Assembly (NCBI GenBank): GCA_016748015.1
Contig: JAAOMT010000772.1
Span: 189,541 to 253,540, forward strand
Reading direction: 5' to 3'
Source: Geosiphon pyriformis uo1
Taxonomy: Eukaryota; Fungi; Glomeromycota
DNA: 64,000 nt
Shown here: positions 51,438 to 63,513 of the stretch, in pieces
Layout of the letters: every line of letters begins with the position of its first letter
Numbering within the stretch: the stretch's first letter is position 1
Program-made: the position numbers and the translations under genes
Notes under the pieces: generated by a model
What the model saw: only the letters and a program-made list of their open reading frames with translations
Databases searched by the model: none
What the model was told of the DNA's origin: nothing

Positions 51438-54400
51438 TTAAGTGTTCAAGTTTGGTTGTTGTTCTATTATAATTATTGGTTCTAAATTTCGGGGAATATC
51501 TTCAGGATTAATTAAAGAGGAATGTATACCAATTTGTGGAATTAATGGTTTAAGATTGTTTCTGGAATGATAGTGTTTTAATCTGTTTCTATGTGCAACT
51601 TTTGCTAGTATTTTGTCATCAAGTCTTAACTTGTATGATCTATTGTTTAGAATTTCATAAATATAAAATGATCCATCCTATTTGTTTTCAAATTTCTCAC
51701 TTCATTGTTTTTTAGCCTTAGTTTTGTGTAAGAGAACTTTATTTGCAACTTTAAATTCGTTGGTAATAGGTAGTAATTTGTTGTCATATCTTTCTTTTTG
51801 TTGAGCTTGGGAATGTTCAATATGAGTTGCTGCTATTCTTCTTTTTCCTTTCAGTGTACTAAGAAGAGTGTAAGCTCTTCTTTGGAGTGTTTCTTGAAAG
51901 TTTTCTTCATTGATTGGTTGTACTAAGTATGTTTCTACTGTAAAGTTAATTAGTAATATTGCTGTCTTTCCATAAGTAAGATCAAATGGTGTGTGTTTCA
52001 TAGTATCTTGTTTTAGCATTTTGTATGCTAATAACACTGATGGAATAAAGATATCCCATTTCTGCTCAAAGTCTGTTGAGACTTTGGCTAGAGATTCACA
52101 CAATGTTCTGTTAAAATGTTCTACAAGTCTATTTGTTTGAGGGTAATAAGGTAATGATAAAGGTCTTTTGACATTGAACTGTTCACAAATTTCTTGTATC
52201 AAGTTGTTCACAAAATGTGTTTTTTGATCAAATAAAAATTCAATTGGGCATCCATGTCTACAAATAATGTCTTCATAGATGAAATTTGCTACTGATTTTG
52301 CATCTGTTCTTTGGATGGCTCTAGCTTCAGGCCATTTGGTAAGATAATCCACTGCAACTGCAATATAATAATTTCCTTGGGTTGTGATAGGTAATGGTCC
52401 GACTAAATCAATTCCAACTCTGTCAAAAGGTTGTCCAACTTTGATTGGATTTAAAGATTCTGTGGGGCAAGTTCCTTCTCTTCTTTGACAACTATTACAA
52501 AATTCTATATATTGTTAAATGTCTTTTTGCATGTAAGGCCAAAAATAATGTTCAAGAGTTCTTTGAATTGTTCTATCTCTTCCCAAGTGTGCTGAAGAAA
52601 GATCTGTGTGCATGTTATATAGAATTGTTTCTTTTTCATTTTCCTGTATTAATCTGAGTGGTTGGTTTGGGTTTTTATAATTTTTGTAATATATTTTGTT
52701 ATGGTGTATAAAATATTGTTTGGATTGGTGTTGTAATTGATGTTTTTTACTTGGAGACCAATTTTCTGACATGGTGAGAGTTTCCAAATAGTTTTTGATG
52801 TTGTTGTAGTTTTCTGGATCCATTGTTGTTGATCTTGTTGTTTGTTCTGCTGTTAAGTTTGTTGGTGTTTTGTTGGTGTTGATATTGGTATTAATATTGT
52901 CTCATTCTTGAGAGGCTATCAATATTGGTGTGTAGTTTTCTTGGTTTGTAATGTACAATGTATCTGTAGTTTGCTAGGAAGTCATTCCATCGAGACTGTT
53001 TGGCACTTTGTTCAGTTTTCTTTTTATTAAGCCATTTGAGGCCAATATTGTTAGTTATTATGTCAAATTCTTTTCCATTCTTTAGGTATTGTTGAAAGTG
53101 TTTGAGAGCCCAGATGACTGCAGCGGCTTCTAATTTAGTTGAGCCATATTTGAGTTCTGTTGGCTTGAGTGTTCTGCTGGCATAGGCAATAACTTGTTCC
53201 TGGCCATTTTTATTCAATTGTGATAAAATGGCACCAAATGCTATGTGTGAAGCATCAGTGACTAAGTGGAATCGTTTGTTGAAGTCTGAGTAAGCAAAAA
53301 CTGGGTCTGTTGTCAATTTTGTTTTGAGAGTTTCAAAAGCTATTTGTTGTTCTTCAGTCCATTTGTATGGTACATTTTTGTTGGTAAGATAATTGAGTGG
53401 TTTGGCAATTTCTGAGAATTTTTTTATGAATTTTTGATAATAAGAGGCTAATCTTACAAATCCTCTTAGTTCTGTAGTATCTCTGAGGGTTTGAAAGTTT
53501 TTGACAGCACTGATTGTTCCTGGATTTGGTTTGACTTCATTTTTACTAACTATGTGTCCAAGAAAGATCAAGCTTGTTTTTCCAAAGTGATATTTCTCAA
53601 TATTTAACTTTAATCCTGCTTTCTGTAATCATTGAAAAACTTCTCATAGATGAATAAAATGAGTCTCAAAGCTTGATAAGTATACATCAGTGTTATCAAG
53701 ATAGACAACTACTGATTGCCACAAAAGTCCTTTATATACCACATCCATGAGTCGCTGGAATGTTGCTGGTGCATTGCAGAGTCCAAAAGAAATAACATTA
53801 AACTCATAGTTTCCTCTCTGGGTGGTAAATGCTGTTTTGGGTCGGTCTTTTGGGTCTATTTCGACTTGTCAGTATCCACTTTCCAAGTTTAAAGTTGAGA
53901 AGAACTTGGCTTTTCCTAGAGCATCTAGCATGTCATCAATTCTTGGAAGAGGGTAGGCATCTCCAATTGTCACATTGTTCAATTGGCAATAGTCAACACA
54001 AAATCTAATTTTTCCATTTTTTTTTTGACCAGGACTACTGGTAAAGCCCAAGGACTTTTTGATGGTTGAATCAATCTGTTATTGAGCATTCTTTGGACTT
54101 CTTCTCTGATGAATTGGTGGCTGGCCAGTGGCACTCTGTAAGCTTGCTGTTGTTTTGGTGGAGCATCTCCTGTATGGATCTGATGTTGAACCATATTCGT
54201 TTTTCCCAGGTTATTGTTGTCTTTTGCAAATATATCTGCAAATTCAGCTATCAATTGTTTCAATTGTCTTTGTTGTTAAAGTTCTAAGGAACCCATGTTG
54301 ATTCAAGAGAGTTTTTCTTCCAAAAAGTGGTAGTTTTCAGTAGTGGGAATGATATTTGGATTTGAGAGTAGTGTGTGCCTTACAATTTCGATGAAATTAG

Positions 54401-57400
54401 AGACAATTTGAGAGTTTTCATCTTGAAAAATATTGCTGTGTATGATTCCAATCTCTAGTTTGTTTAATAAGATAATAGGGTAATTATTAGGGTTGTAGAA
54501 TGTAACTCAAAATTTTTTCATTTTTTTAAGAATATAAACGTTTGGAATTGAGATTTCATGCTTTAAACAGATTTGTTTATTAGATTCAAAGATTTGTTGT
54601 GTAGTGGTGGGTTTTGAGCAAATATAAATTTCATAATGTTCTCCAAAAGGTGAAATGGTAATTGGCTGGGGAAGTTGAAGAATCTGGTGAGATTCATTTT
54701 GTGTATTCAGAGCTATGTTTACTGGAACTGTAAATCGTCTAGTTGAACCAAAACCTTGAGTTCCTCTTTCACTTTTTCCCAATTGTTCTCTGTTGTTTAC
54801 TGATTGTAAACCCGAAATGTTGATTAAGGGTAAGTAAATTGCTTGAGCAATTTTTTCAGCATGTTCAATTTTGAATGGTTTGTCTGTTTCATTCTGTAAC
54901 ATGATGGTAATGTTTCCAGTGTATCCTGTATCTATAACTCCTCCTCTAATATTGATTCCTTTGCTTACCAATGATGATCTGAAGGCAATTTGAATCATTG
55001 CTCTTGGTGGTATTTCAAGAGCAATTTTGAGATTGATTTTTGTCAAGGACTTTGGTTGGAGAACCAAAGTATCTTTTCCTGGGTATCTTAGATCATATCC
55101 AGCATCCATTTCATGTGCTTTTTCTGGTCTGATTCTCTGGTCATGGTTGTCAAAATATTTAAGTTGTAGAGATGGTTGCTTTTTAAGAAGATAGATGGGA
55201 GTGGTTGGTAGTTCTTCTACTAGTTCAAATACTCCAAATTCGATTTCATTTTCATCATTCTCATCTGGCAGAGGAATGCTAAGAGCATAACATTCTAAAC
55301 ACCATTGGTTATCACAAGACATAACACATTCTTCACACAATTGAATGTTCATTTGCTCTAATTATTGAATTTGAGCTTTTTTGGTCAGATATGTGTGGCT
55401 TGCAATTTGGTAGTAGGTTTCTACTTCATCTTCATAATCAAATCTAGCTAATTCTATAGTATACTCAATATATTCAGCTTTTTTCATTTGGTGGACATCT
55501 TCTTGGGTGGCTCTATTGATCAATGCCATTGTTAGGTCAAAAATCATTTTAGCATCATGAGGGTAGTGGTAAAGTTTATTGAGAGCACTGTTGTATGCTG
55601 CATCAAATGGTGTTCCTCTTTTGACTTTTTCCAAAATTGATAGAGCATATTGACAGGTTTGATCACATACTCTTTCTCTCATTGCTACATCAATCCAATT
55701 GCATTCTTTTGGTAGCATTTCTCCACATGTAAGGCAAGGTGTGTTGTCCCATTTTCCACTTCTTTTTGGAAATCCAAATCGTTCTCTATGGCATGCTTTG
55801 CAAAAGTAACAGGTACAAGTTTCATATTTCTCTTCTGGAGAAATACATGCTCCCATTGATAAAAGTTTTTTGTTGCAATCTTTGCATTTGAGTGGAATAT
55901 AGGGTGGTTGTTTTCGTAGTTCTGATGTAGAATATCTAACTTTCTTCTATCCTCTTGATTCTTTAAAAATCTTTTGTTCTGTTTCCTCAGTCCAATTGGA
56001 TGGTGATCTAAGAGCCATATAGGTTTCAGTAAGTGGCATTTCTTTCTCCTCTTCAAATTCAAATACTGGGGCTTTTTCTGATCATTTGTTAAAGGTACCA
56101 CAAGTTGCAGGTACTATGGTATATTGTTTTTGGTATGAGATTTTAAGTTTTTGAGTTTTCCAGTTCAGGTTTGCATTGGCCTTGAGAAGCCAATCATTTC
56201 TGACTAGAGCTTGGTATTGGGGTACATTCATAACAAGAACTTTAACTGGAATGGTAATTCCATTAATTGTAAAAGAGAAATCATCAATTTCTCCTACTGG
56301 AGTCTTCTTCATACCATCAGCTATGACAATAACTGTTTGAACTGGTCTGTCTACGTTTTGTTTGAGTTGTTGCATCAGCTGGTAAGTAATGATACTTCCA
56401 GCTGATTCACTATTTAAGATTAAGCAAATAGGTTTTCCTTTTACTGTAGCTTCTGTATATAGCAGTAATTGCTTTCTGTTTATTGATTGCTGTATTACTA
56501 AGCAGAAATGATAATTTATTTGCTTCAAATTCAAATGGAAATATATCTGACAGATTGGCATTTTGGGCAATTTGAGCTGGTGGAATGGTGTGATTGGAAG
56601 GATTTGATCTTGGTGCTGTAACTTCACCTTCAGAAAGTGCAGTTTGTTGAAAATCTGATTCCTCTAGTATTGTAAGATAACTGGGTTGAGTGTGATAATA
56701 ATTGGGTCTTTGCTAATCAGAATTTTGGGGAACCAACTGGTTATTTGGATTGATTCTGTTGTAGTTACTCTGCAATTGATTTTGGGGTGTGAATTGGTTA
56801 TGTTGAACCAATCTTCTTGCTGGTACTTGATATTGTTGAGTGAGTAGTGTCTGATATGGCTGAATTGGTAAAGATTGCTGATATTGTTGCTGCATTGATT
56901 GTGGAGCTGGTGGATAGTAACTGTTTTGATTTTGTGGTCTTGGTGAATAATAGGTTGGTGGTAGAGATTGGTAATAGAATTGTTGTGGTGAAGAGTAACA
57001 TTGATTACTCCTGTTTTGTTGGTCTCTTTGTAATTTCCTACAATCTCGTTTCCAGTGTCTTGGAATTCCACAATAATGACAATTTTGAGGTTGGTTGTTA
57101 GATGGTAATCCAAAATTGTTTTGGTTGTGTCGTTGTGGGGGTTGATATCTTTGTGGTTGTTGTTGCTGTTGTTGTTGGTTTGTAAAGTAGCTTTCAATCT
57201 TTTTTGTGAGTTGGTCTATCTTCTCTTCAGCTGCTGAGCTGGTTTCTCCAATTGCAAGGTTTACAAGCTTGGTGTAATTTGCTTTTTCCATTGCCATTTC
57301 CTAGCTCTTTGCATGTCTAATAGCAGTTGCTAAGTCTGCTGGAGCATGTGGATGAACTTTCTTAATCAGTTTGTCTTTTAATCTTGCTATAAACTGATCC

Positions 57401-58509
57401 AGAATTTAAGCATCAGAATAGTAGTCATTGGTTTCCAATTGTCAGATTCGTCTGAGAAGTTTGTTAAATCTTCCAAGATAGGTCATAACAGTTTTAGATG
57501 TTTTTTGTTTGATATTATGAAAGTGGTTTCTGAGAGTGATAGAGGTATTGTTGTCAGTGAATTGTTGTAGAAAAGCATCTTTGAATGCTTGCCAGTTTTC
57601 AAATAGTTCTTCTAAGTTTTCAAACTATTCTTCTGTTGTTCCTTGGAGAAAGTAGGAAATTGCTTTGAGCATTCTTGTTGCAATCCAACCATTTGTATCT
57701 TCTGCTTTTTGAATTTTGTCAAGCCATTCTTGAGGGCTGGTATTATTGTCTTCACCAGTGAATTCTGGGATTTTTACAATGTAAGCAGTTGCCATTTCTT
57801 CTTCGTTTTCTATAATTTCTTCTGGTTTTGATTCAGTTTCTTCATTTTTCAAGCTGCCTGAGTAATTATTTTCGTTTTTTTGTAAGTAATCAATGATATT
57901 AGCACTTGTTGATATTGGTTCCTGTTGTTGAGTAGGATTTCTAGATGACTGAAAATCTTCTGGTCTGGAGAAATGGTTAAGTAGTAAACTTGATGTTTGT
58001 GGTTGAACAAGTGAAATTGGAAATGATGTAATAGAAAGTAGTAATTTGGCACTGGTTTTTTGTTCAGGTGTTTGCAAGTGTTTGGCAGTTGTCTTTTGTA
58101 GTGTTGGAGTGTTTGGAGTGGTTCTTGAGTGTTTCAATCTTTGTTTGCCTTTGTTGCTTGTTTTAGTTTCTGATTTAAAGTCAAAAGAATATTTAGACTG
58201 TACTGGGTATTTTTCTTCACAATACTCAATAATGTTAAAATTAAGTTCTTGGAAGTAGGTAGCAAGTGTTTCACTGTTTAGGTTTTCTGTTCCCAATTGT
58301 AAATAGTGCACTAAATTATTGTAGAGGTTGCTTCTAACTTCTGAAATGTTGTAGTTTTCAAAAAGATAATTGTTGATGCGGTTTTCAATGTATTGGTATA
58401 CTGATTTCTTGACAACTTCAATTCCGTCTGAAATGTTGAATCTTTGCTTACAGTGGGTGTAAATTGACTGGTAATACTCTAGAGTTGCTGTGTCTGGTGT
58501 GGTTGCCAC
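51438..58509 (-). pseudogene. Gypsy gag-pol: gag(CCHC) - protease - Cys-rich insert - dUTPase - RT - RNase H - integrase
   Basis: Gag: IPEFTGED..PQEWL, CHYCGIPRHWKRDC. Protease: LILNSES (DSGS after G>A). RT: RFCVDY..YPLPRIDD, YLDN. RNase H: TDAS..IAYASR. Integrase: HTDLSSAH, DYLTKWPEA..YYPQTNRLVE, GPY/F-like *DGSFYI. No chromodomain seen. Confidence 0.92.
54741..55170 (-). CDS. dut: Trimeric dUTPase domain within pol
   Basis: All five motifs are present: DAGYDL, RSSL, GGVIDTGYTG, IAQAI, RGTQGFGST. Confidence 0.93.
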
Positions 58510-58540
58510 TTTGAATTTGTTGTTGCTGTGTTATTTCTGT

Positions 58541-58552
58541 GAGAGAGCACCA
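58541..58552 (-). other. Primer-binding site
   Basis: TGGTGCTCTCTC, 2 nt inside the 5' LTR; complementary to a tRNA 3' end ...GAGAGCACCA (isoacceptor not determinable here). Confidence 0.85.
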
Positions 58553-58554
58553 AA

Positions 58555-59527
58555 TGTTACCAGAAGTTTTTGGTCTCTTTTCTTGAATGTTGTAACTGTC
58601 TGTTGGTTGCAAATTCACGTTTTCTAGAAGTAGTTGAACCTCCAATAACTGAATTTATCTTCAAATTATCTCCTATAATTTGAACTGCTGGGCTTATAAG
58701 TGGAATGACCAATTCCGTGCCAGTTGCTTTGTGTAGTTACATTGCAGTAAATGTCAACTCTTTCCCAAGAATTGCTTGTCTGAAAGCTCATTAAAAATGT
58801 GTAGTTACTTTGCTGTGAAAGTCAACTCTTCTACAGAAATCTCGTCTGTAGGCTACTCTAATGATTATAATAAAAAAAAAAATAAAAAAAATAAAAAAAA
58901 TGTAAAAGAAATAAAATTTTGTCAAGAGAAACGTTTTCTATCCAGGCCTGGAGTCACTAACAGTTTACTGAAATTGGTAGCTAATCAATTTCGAAATGTT
59001 AGTTGGGTTTTGGGAATTTTCCAAGTGCAATAATTAAAGAATTTGATTTTTCAAATTATTTGATATTTATTTTCTTCTGTGTGTATAGGAATGGTTCTAA
59101 GTAATAAATCTAAAGTAAGATACATTTTCTTGAAGAAAAAAGCTCTTCTTTTATACAACTTGTTATAGTACTAGTCTATGAACTTGCACTTTTTCTCTTT
59201 GCTCAAATTTTGGTGAACTAAAGATACATTTTAATGAACTACAAGTTATTTCACTGAACTATTGATTAATTTGGGTGAACTATTCATAATTTCAGCAAAT
59301 TTCTATAAATTTCGGCGAATTTTAGAATGTTACAAAGTTCAGAGTATTGTGTAATTTGATTATCCTACTTTCTGTTATATTAATTAGATTATTTTAATTG
59401 AATCATAATATGTGATAATTGATTAAATAATAAATAATAATTTGAAATGATATTAATATACTAATTAATTATAGGAATTATAAGGGTAATTTCGTGCTAA
59501 TTAATAGCTAAAATTCTACTGATAACA
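58555..59527 (-). repeat. 5' LTR (973 bp)
   Basis: TGTTACCAG...CTGATAACA; has a 20-bp segment (~59295-59314) absent from the 3' LTR. Confidence 0.95.
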
Positions 59528-60712
59528 GCATCATCACATTGCTAATGTCATTTGTTGCAAGAATTTGGATGTTAATTGGGTTAAAGTTAAGAGTCACTCT
59601 GGTGTCTTGGGCAATAAGCATGCTGACACTTTTGCTGAAGCTGCTGCGTTTTCTAATATGCATCTTTCTCACATGATCGATGAACATTTTCTCAGAACTG
59701 GTAGTACTGCAGTGTCTGGTAATTCTAGACATTTTGTTCATGGTGTTTTTTGATCTGTTTATTGTATGTACTAGAAAGTTGGTTCTGGTTCTCAGGTCTT
59801 GGTGGATAGTCTGTGTGCTGATGTTAATTGGTCCAAATTTTTTTTAGTGTGGCATTCAGACTTTTATTTGGCTGCTGGTTTCACTAATACTCAAACTGCT
59901 GGCTTTCAGACATATTTTATGAAGGCACTGTATTATCATCTTTTGGTTGCTGTGTGTAAGCATCTTTATAATAAGAGTTACTTCAATGTGATATGTCTAT
60001 TCTGTAGCAATGTTGAGGTCTTGGACTATGTGTTTTTTTGCCCATATGATGCTGCTGGTTGTGTTTGGTTGGTAGAAATTTATGCATCTACTTGGAAGAC
60101 ACACTCAGATTTATCTCACTCTTCTTTATGTGTTTTGAGATTGCTTTAGACTTGCATCTCCAATGTTGTTGTTGGTGCAGCTCTGTGTAAGAGCTTTGTT
60201 TTCAAGGAATGGTATCATGAATCTGTTGCTGTTTTTAAAGACCCTAAAGTTGTGGCTTAAAATATTGTGGCCTTTGTGTGCGAGTTTTGTTTTGTGTTTC
60301 ATAATAATGTCTGGCTAGTATGTGCTAAGCACCAGGCTATTATGGAGAAAAATGACATGATCTTACATAATGGTTCTGTTTCTGTTTCAATCTCTGGTCT
60401 TCTTTTGGTGCTTTCAGCTAGTGTGGTTAGATTGTTGAATATTGCAGATACATTTAGTGTTAATTTTGGGTATTGTAAGTCTTGTTTATTCTTTTCAGGT
60501 ATAGGTGACATGATTTCAGTACATATAAGTGCCTAGTATTGTCTTGACTAGCCTGAATGGCTGGTTACATATAAAAAATACATGATTCACACCTAGTTTA
60601 GATTAATTGTTTGATGTATTATACTAGGCAATATTTGGATTTTATTCGTTAAACTGAATAAAAAAAAAATAAGATTGTGTTATTAACTGGAAAAAAAAAT
60701 CAAAGTAAACAG

Positions 60713-61953
60713 TATTATTCATAGAAATTAGAAATTATAATAAGTAAATAAAATAGCCAATCAAAAATAGACATAGTAAAAAGAAAAATTTCAGAATTTT
60801 TTTCAAAAAATTTTGTATAACACAAATTATGTATATATAATAAGAGTATTAAAAGCAGAAAAAAGATTTAAGACAATTCAATTCAGAATAATAATACTTT
60901 TTTCTTCAAAAATATAGTTTTCTATAATTTAAAGTGAAATTATATTTATATCAATAAAACATCTATTATTATTTGAATTTATGTTATTATTACTTAATTA
61001 AAAAAATATTAATTTATTTCATACTATCAATACTTTATGTTAATAGAATTCAATATTTAACTATATTAAACCAATAGCTCTTAATTACAGTTATTAATAA
61101 GATACTAATTTTTTATTTTTTTTCATATTTTTATTTTATTTTATTTTATTTTGTTTCTTTGTTGTTTATTAATTAATTAAAAAAATTAAGCACTAAATAA
61201 TTAACATCAAGAATAACTTAGTAAAAGACCTAAAAACAAGAATAAAAAACTTAAAAATAGCTTATTAGAAGAGCACAATTGTTAAAATAAATCAGCCATC
61301 ATGATAAAAAAAATTCATGGAAGAAACTATTAATTGAATTTCTGTTTATTATACAAAGAACTCAACAAAAATTTTCAGACTTTAAAACCTTCAGAAATTA
61401 CTAATATTTTTAGCTATTAAGCACCAAATTACAGATTTGTTATTTGTTCTAACATTTTCAAATAATTATTTGTAATATTTGGTGCTTTTTGTAAGTTATA
61501 ATTTAACAAAAAACTAATACTAACATCAATTATCCAAAAAAGTAGCAGAACTAGAAGTAACAGGAACAAATTATTTAGAATTTACCAAATTTTAATTTCA
61601 ATATTATCAAACTTATTTTGGACTGACAATTAATTATTGGCCAACAGAATCAACTTTCAACTTCTATATTAATAAAAAAAATTAAATCCTACTTAAGAAA
61701 CCAAAAAGATTCAAAAACCATCTTTAAAAATTTCTATAGTGAATTACTCTAAAACACTATGCTTTTACAAAATTATTTATTTGCTTTACTAATTACAAAA
61801 ATAAATTAAAAAATTGAAAATTACATTCAAAAGAGATTTTTTATTATCTTTGCAGATAAAAAAAAATTACAAACTTTAGTAAGAATACCAAAAAAAATAC
61901 AACTGCCTATTTAAAAGAAACCAAGAGTTATTTTATCTATTTATCTATCATGT
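60713..61953 (+). mobile_element. Eroded LTR element: 5' LTR (60713-61477), PBS (61480-61490), gag start; interrupted at 61954
   Basis: Reverse-complement homologue of the solo LTR (start tattattcatagaaat vs TGTTACTCATAGAAAT; end aataattatttgtaata). PBS TGGTGCTTTTT is a decayed TGGTGCTCTCT. A gag-like reading AELEVTGTNYLEFTKF follows. Confidence 0.75.
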
Positions 61954-62639
61954 TGTTACAGGTAATTATTTGGGGTCTCAAAGCAAATAACAAACCTGTA
62001 ACTTGGTGTTTAATTGATAATATTAGTAATGTCTAAAAGTGTTTCAATCTGAAGATTTTAATTGGAGTTCTTTGTATAATGAACAGAGATTTCTATGTTA
62101 TTTTATCCATAGCTTCTCGGAATCACAATTCCATCAATTTTTTTCTCAGTATAGTGGTCAGCAATTCTCTGATAAGCAATCTGTAATTTTTACACATTTT
62201 ACCTACTTACAGAGGTCTTTTACCAAACAATTTTTGACATCAATACTTAGTACTTAATCTTTAATTAATTAGTATACACAACAAAAATAAAGAAAAAAAT
62301 AAAAGAGATAAAGAAAAATAAAGACAATAAGCCAAGACAATGTAAGTTAGTATTTCATCAATAGCTGTGATCAAAAACTATTGTTTCTGTGTGTTTTAAG
62401 TATTAATTACTATCAACATTTAGAGTTGATAATGAACAACTAGATTTAAGATGCTAAATAAATATATTTATTGATATTTTGGAATGATATAGTTTCTAAC
62501 TAGGGAATAATAATTAATGAATTTCTGTCTAAGAATCCTGTCTTTTCTGCTTCTAATGCTACTGCTATATATATGTATTTTTTAGTTTTACAGGATTGCT
62601 TTGGATTATTTGTTCTTGCTAGCTATTACTTTGTTTTCT

Positions 62640-62775
62640 TACATTATAATTAATTATCTTATATTATAACATGTTATCTGATATTATTATGTATTATTCT
62701 GTGTTATCTAGCATTATAACACGTTATTTCACATTATAATATGTTATTTTATATTATAATGCATTATTCAACATT
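62640..62775. repeat. ~20-bp tandem repeat (CATTATAACATGTTATYT-like) in LTR U3
   Basis: About 6 degenerate units containing the palindrome ATAACATGTTAT. Confidence 0.7.
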
Positions 62776-62988
62776 ATTGTGCACTATTTTGTGTCTCTTC
62801 ATGTTTCATCATGTTTTTTTTTTTTTCTTTGATAGGCTTTCTTTTTTCAAGTAATATTATTTCCTTTTTTTTTAATATTGAGCTTTTGCGAAGTTGGTTA
62901 TGTTTGTTAATAGAACTTTATTTGTGTAATGTTTAATAGTTATGTTAACTATGGCTTTTTGTAGATCTTTGAACTGTTGATTGGTCAT

Positions 62989-63513
62989 TTATTCTATGTT
63001 GTTAACTGTTATCTTTTTCAAAGATCTATCCAATAGTACATTTAGACAATATTGAAAAGTGATATATAATTGACATGTTGCTTTGTAGTGTAGTGTCAGA
63101 TTGCTTCTTCTTACGAATTTTTCTACTTGTTGCATTGCTTCTTTGTTAAAAGTTTTCTGGTTGTAGTCTCTGTATGGGTTTTCTAAGTCTAGTTGTTCCC
63201 CAATTTTGTAAAACCAATATGTTAATGGGAGTTTTTCTTTCCACTCCTGGGCATTGTCTAGTGTCCACTCTTTTGTTTTGGGAAGTTTGGTTCTATAAGC
63301 TAAAGATTCTTTAATTTTTTCTAGCTCAAGGGCCAAGTATATTGTATATAATTGTTTTTGTCTTCTATCTAATTTTTCCATTCTTTTTTCTTCCTCTCCT
63401 TCTTTTTCTCTATGTTTCATCCAAAAAGTATATTTAATTCTTTTTTGTAAAATTTTCTTCTCAGGTGGAGTGTAGGGATGGGAACAGTTAGTTCTAGTTG
63501 AACTCTCACCCAT
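62989..63513 (-). pseudogene. Accessory ORF of LTR element, homologous to ORF3 at 50608-51302
   Basis: Shares the pattern P..Y..Y/F.IG..L / F..EA.Q / KA..R/QLY..F..C.NVL / V..I..(L/M)T..F; continues past the stop as MTNQQFKDLQKAIVNI. Confidence 0.55.

Larger units (their letters stand above)
49675..59527 (-). mobile_element. Structurally complete Ty3/Gypsy LTR retrotransposon with dUTPase and an extra 3' ORF; inactivated
   Basis: Twin LTRs, PBS, PPT, 4-bp TSD GTAT/GCAT (inferred ancestor GCGT), gag with CCHC knuckle, and PR-RT-RH-IN order. Confidence 0.95.
46007..60536 (+). pseudogene. LINE ORF2 (46007-49674 + 59532-60536): APE endonuclease, RT, RNase H, C-terminal Cys knuckle
   Basis: IATCNVRGIN..TESK..GDFN..DTDY (APE); LQDM*KAYDSV, GLDQ-like segment, FVDD at 48310-48321, YLGIFL (RT); FTDGS..ELQAIALAL..NSQVALD | WVKVKSHSGVLGNKHAD (RNase H split by the Gypsy); CLFCSNVEVLDYVFFC. 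Confidence 0.88.
43946..60666 (+). mobile_element. Full-length LINE (ORF1 + ORF2 APE-RT-RNase H-Zn knuckle) with TSD, carrying a nested Gypsy element
   Basis: TSD AAATAAGATTG at 43935-43945 and 60667-60677; AATAAA runs directly into poly(A) at ~60657-60669; full domain set present (see sub-features). Confidence 0.9.

Noticed and set aside
52823-52891. Integrase apparently in its own ORF (ATG 52823, out of frame with RNase H)
   Set aside because: In the homologous remnant at 30375-30450, RNase H and integrase read in one frame, so a copy-specific indel is more likely.
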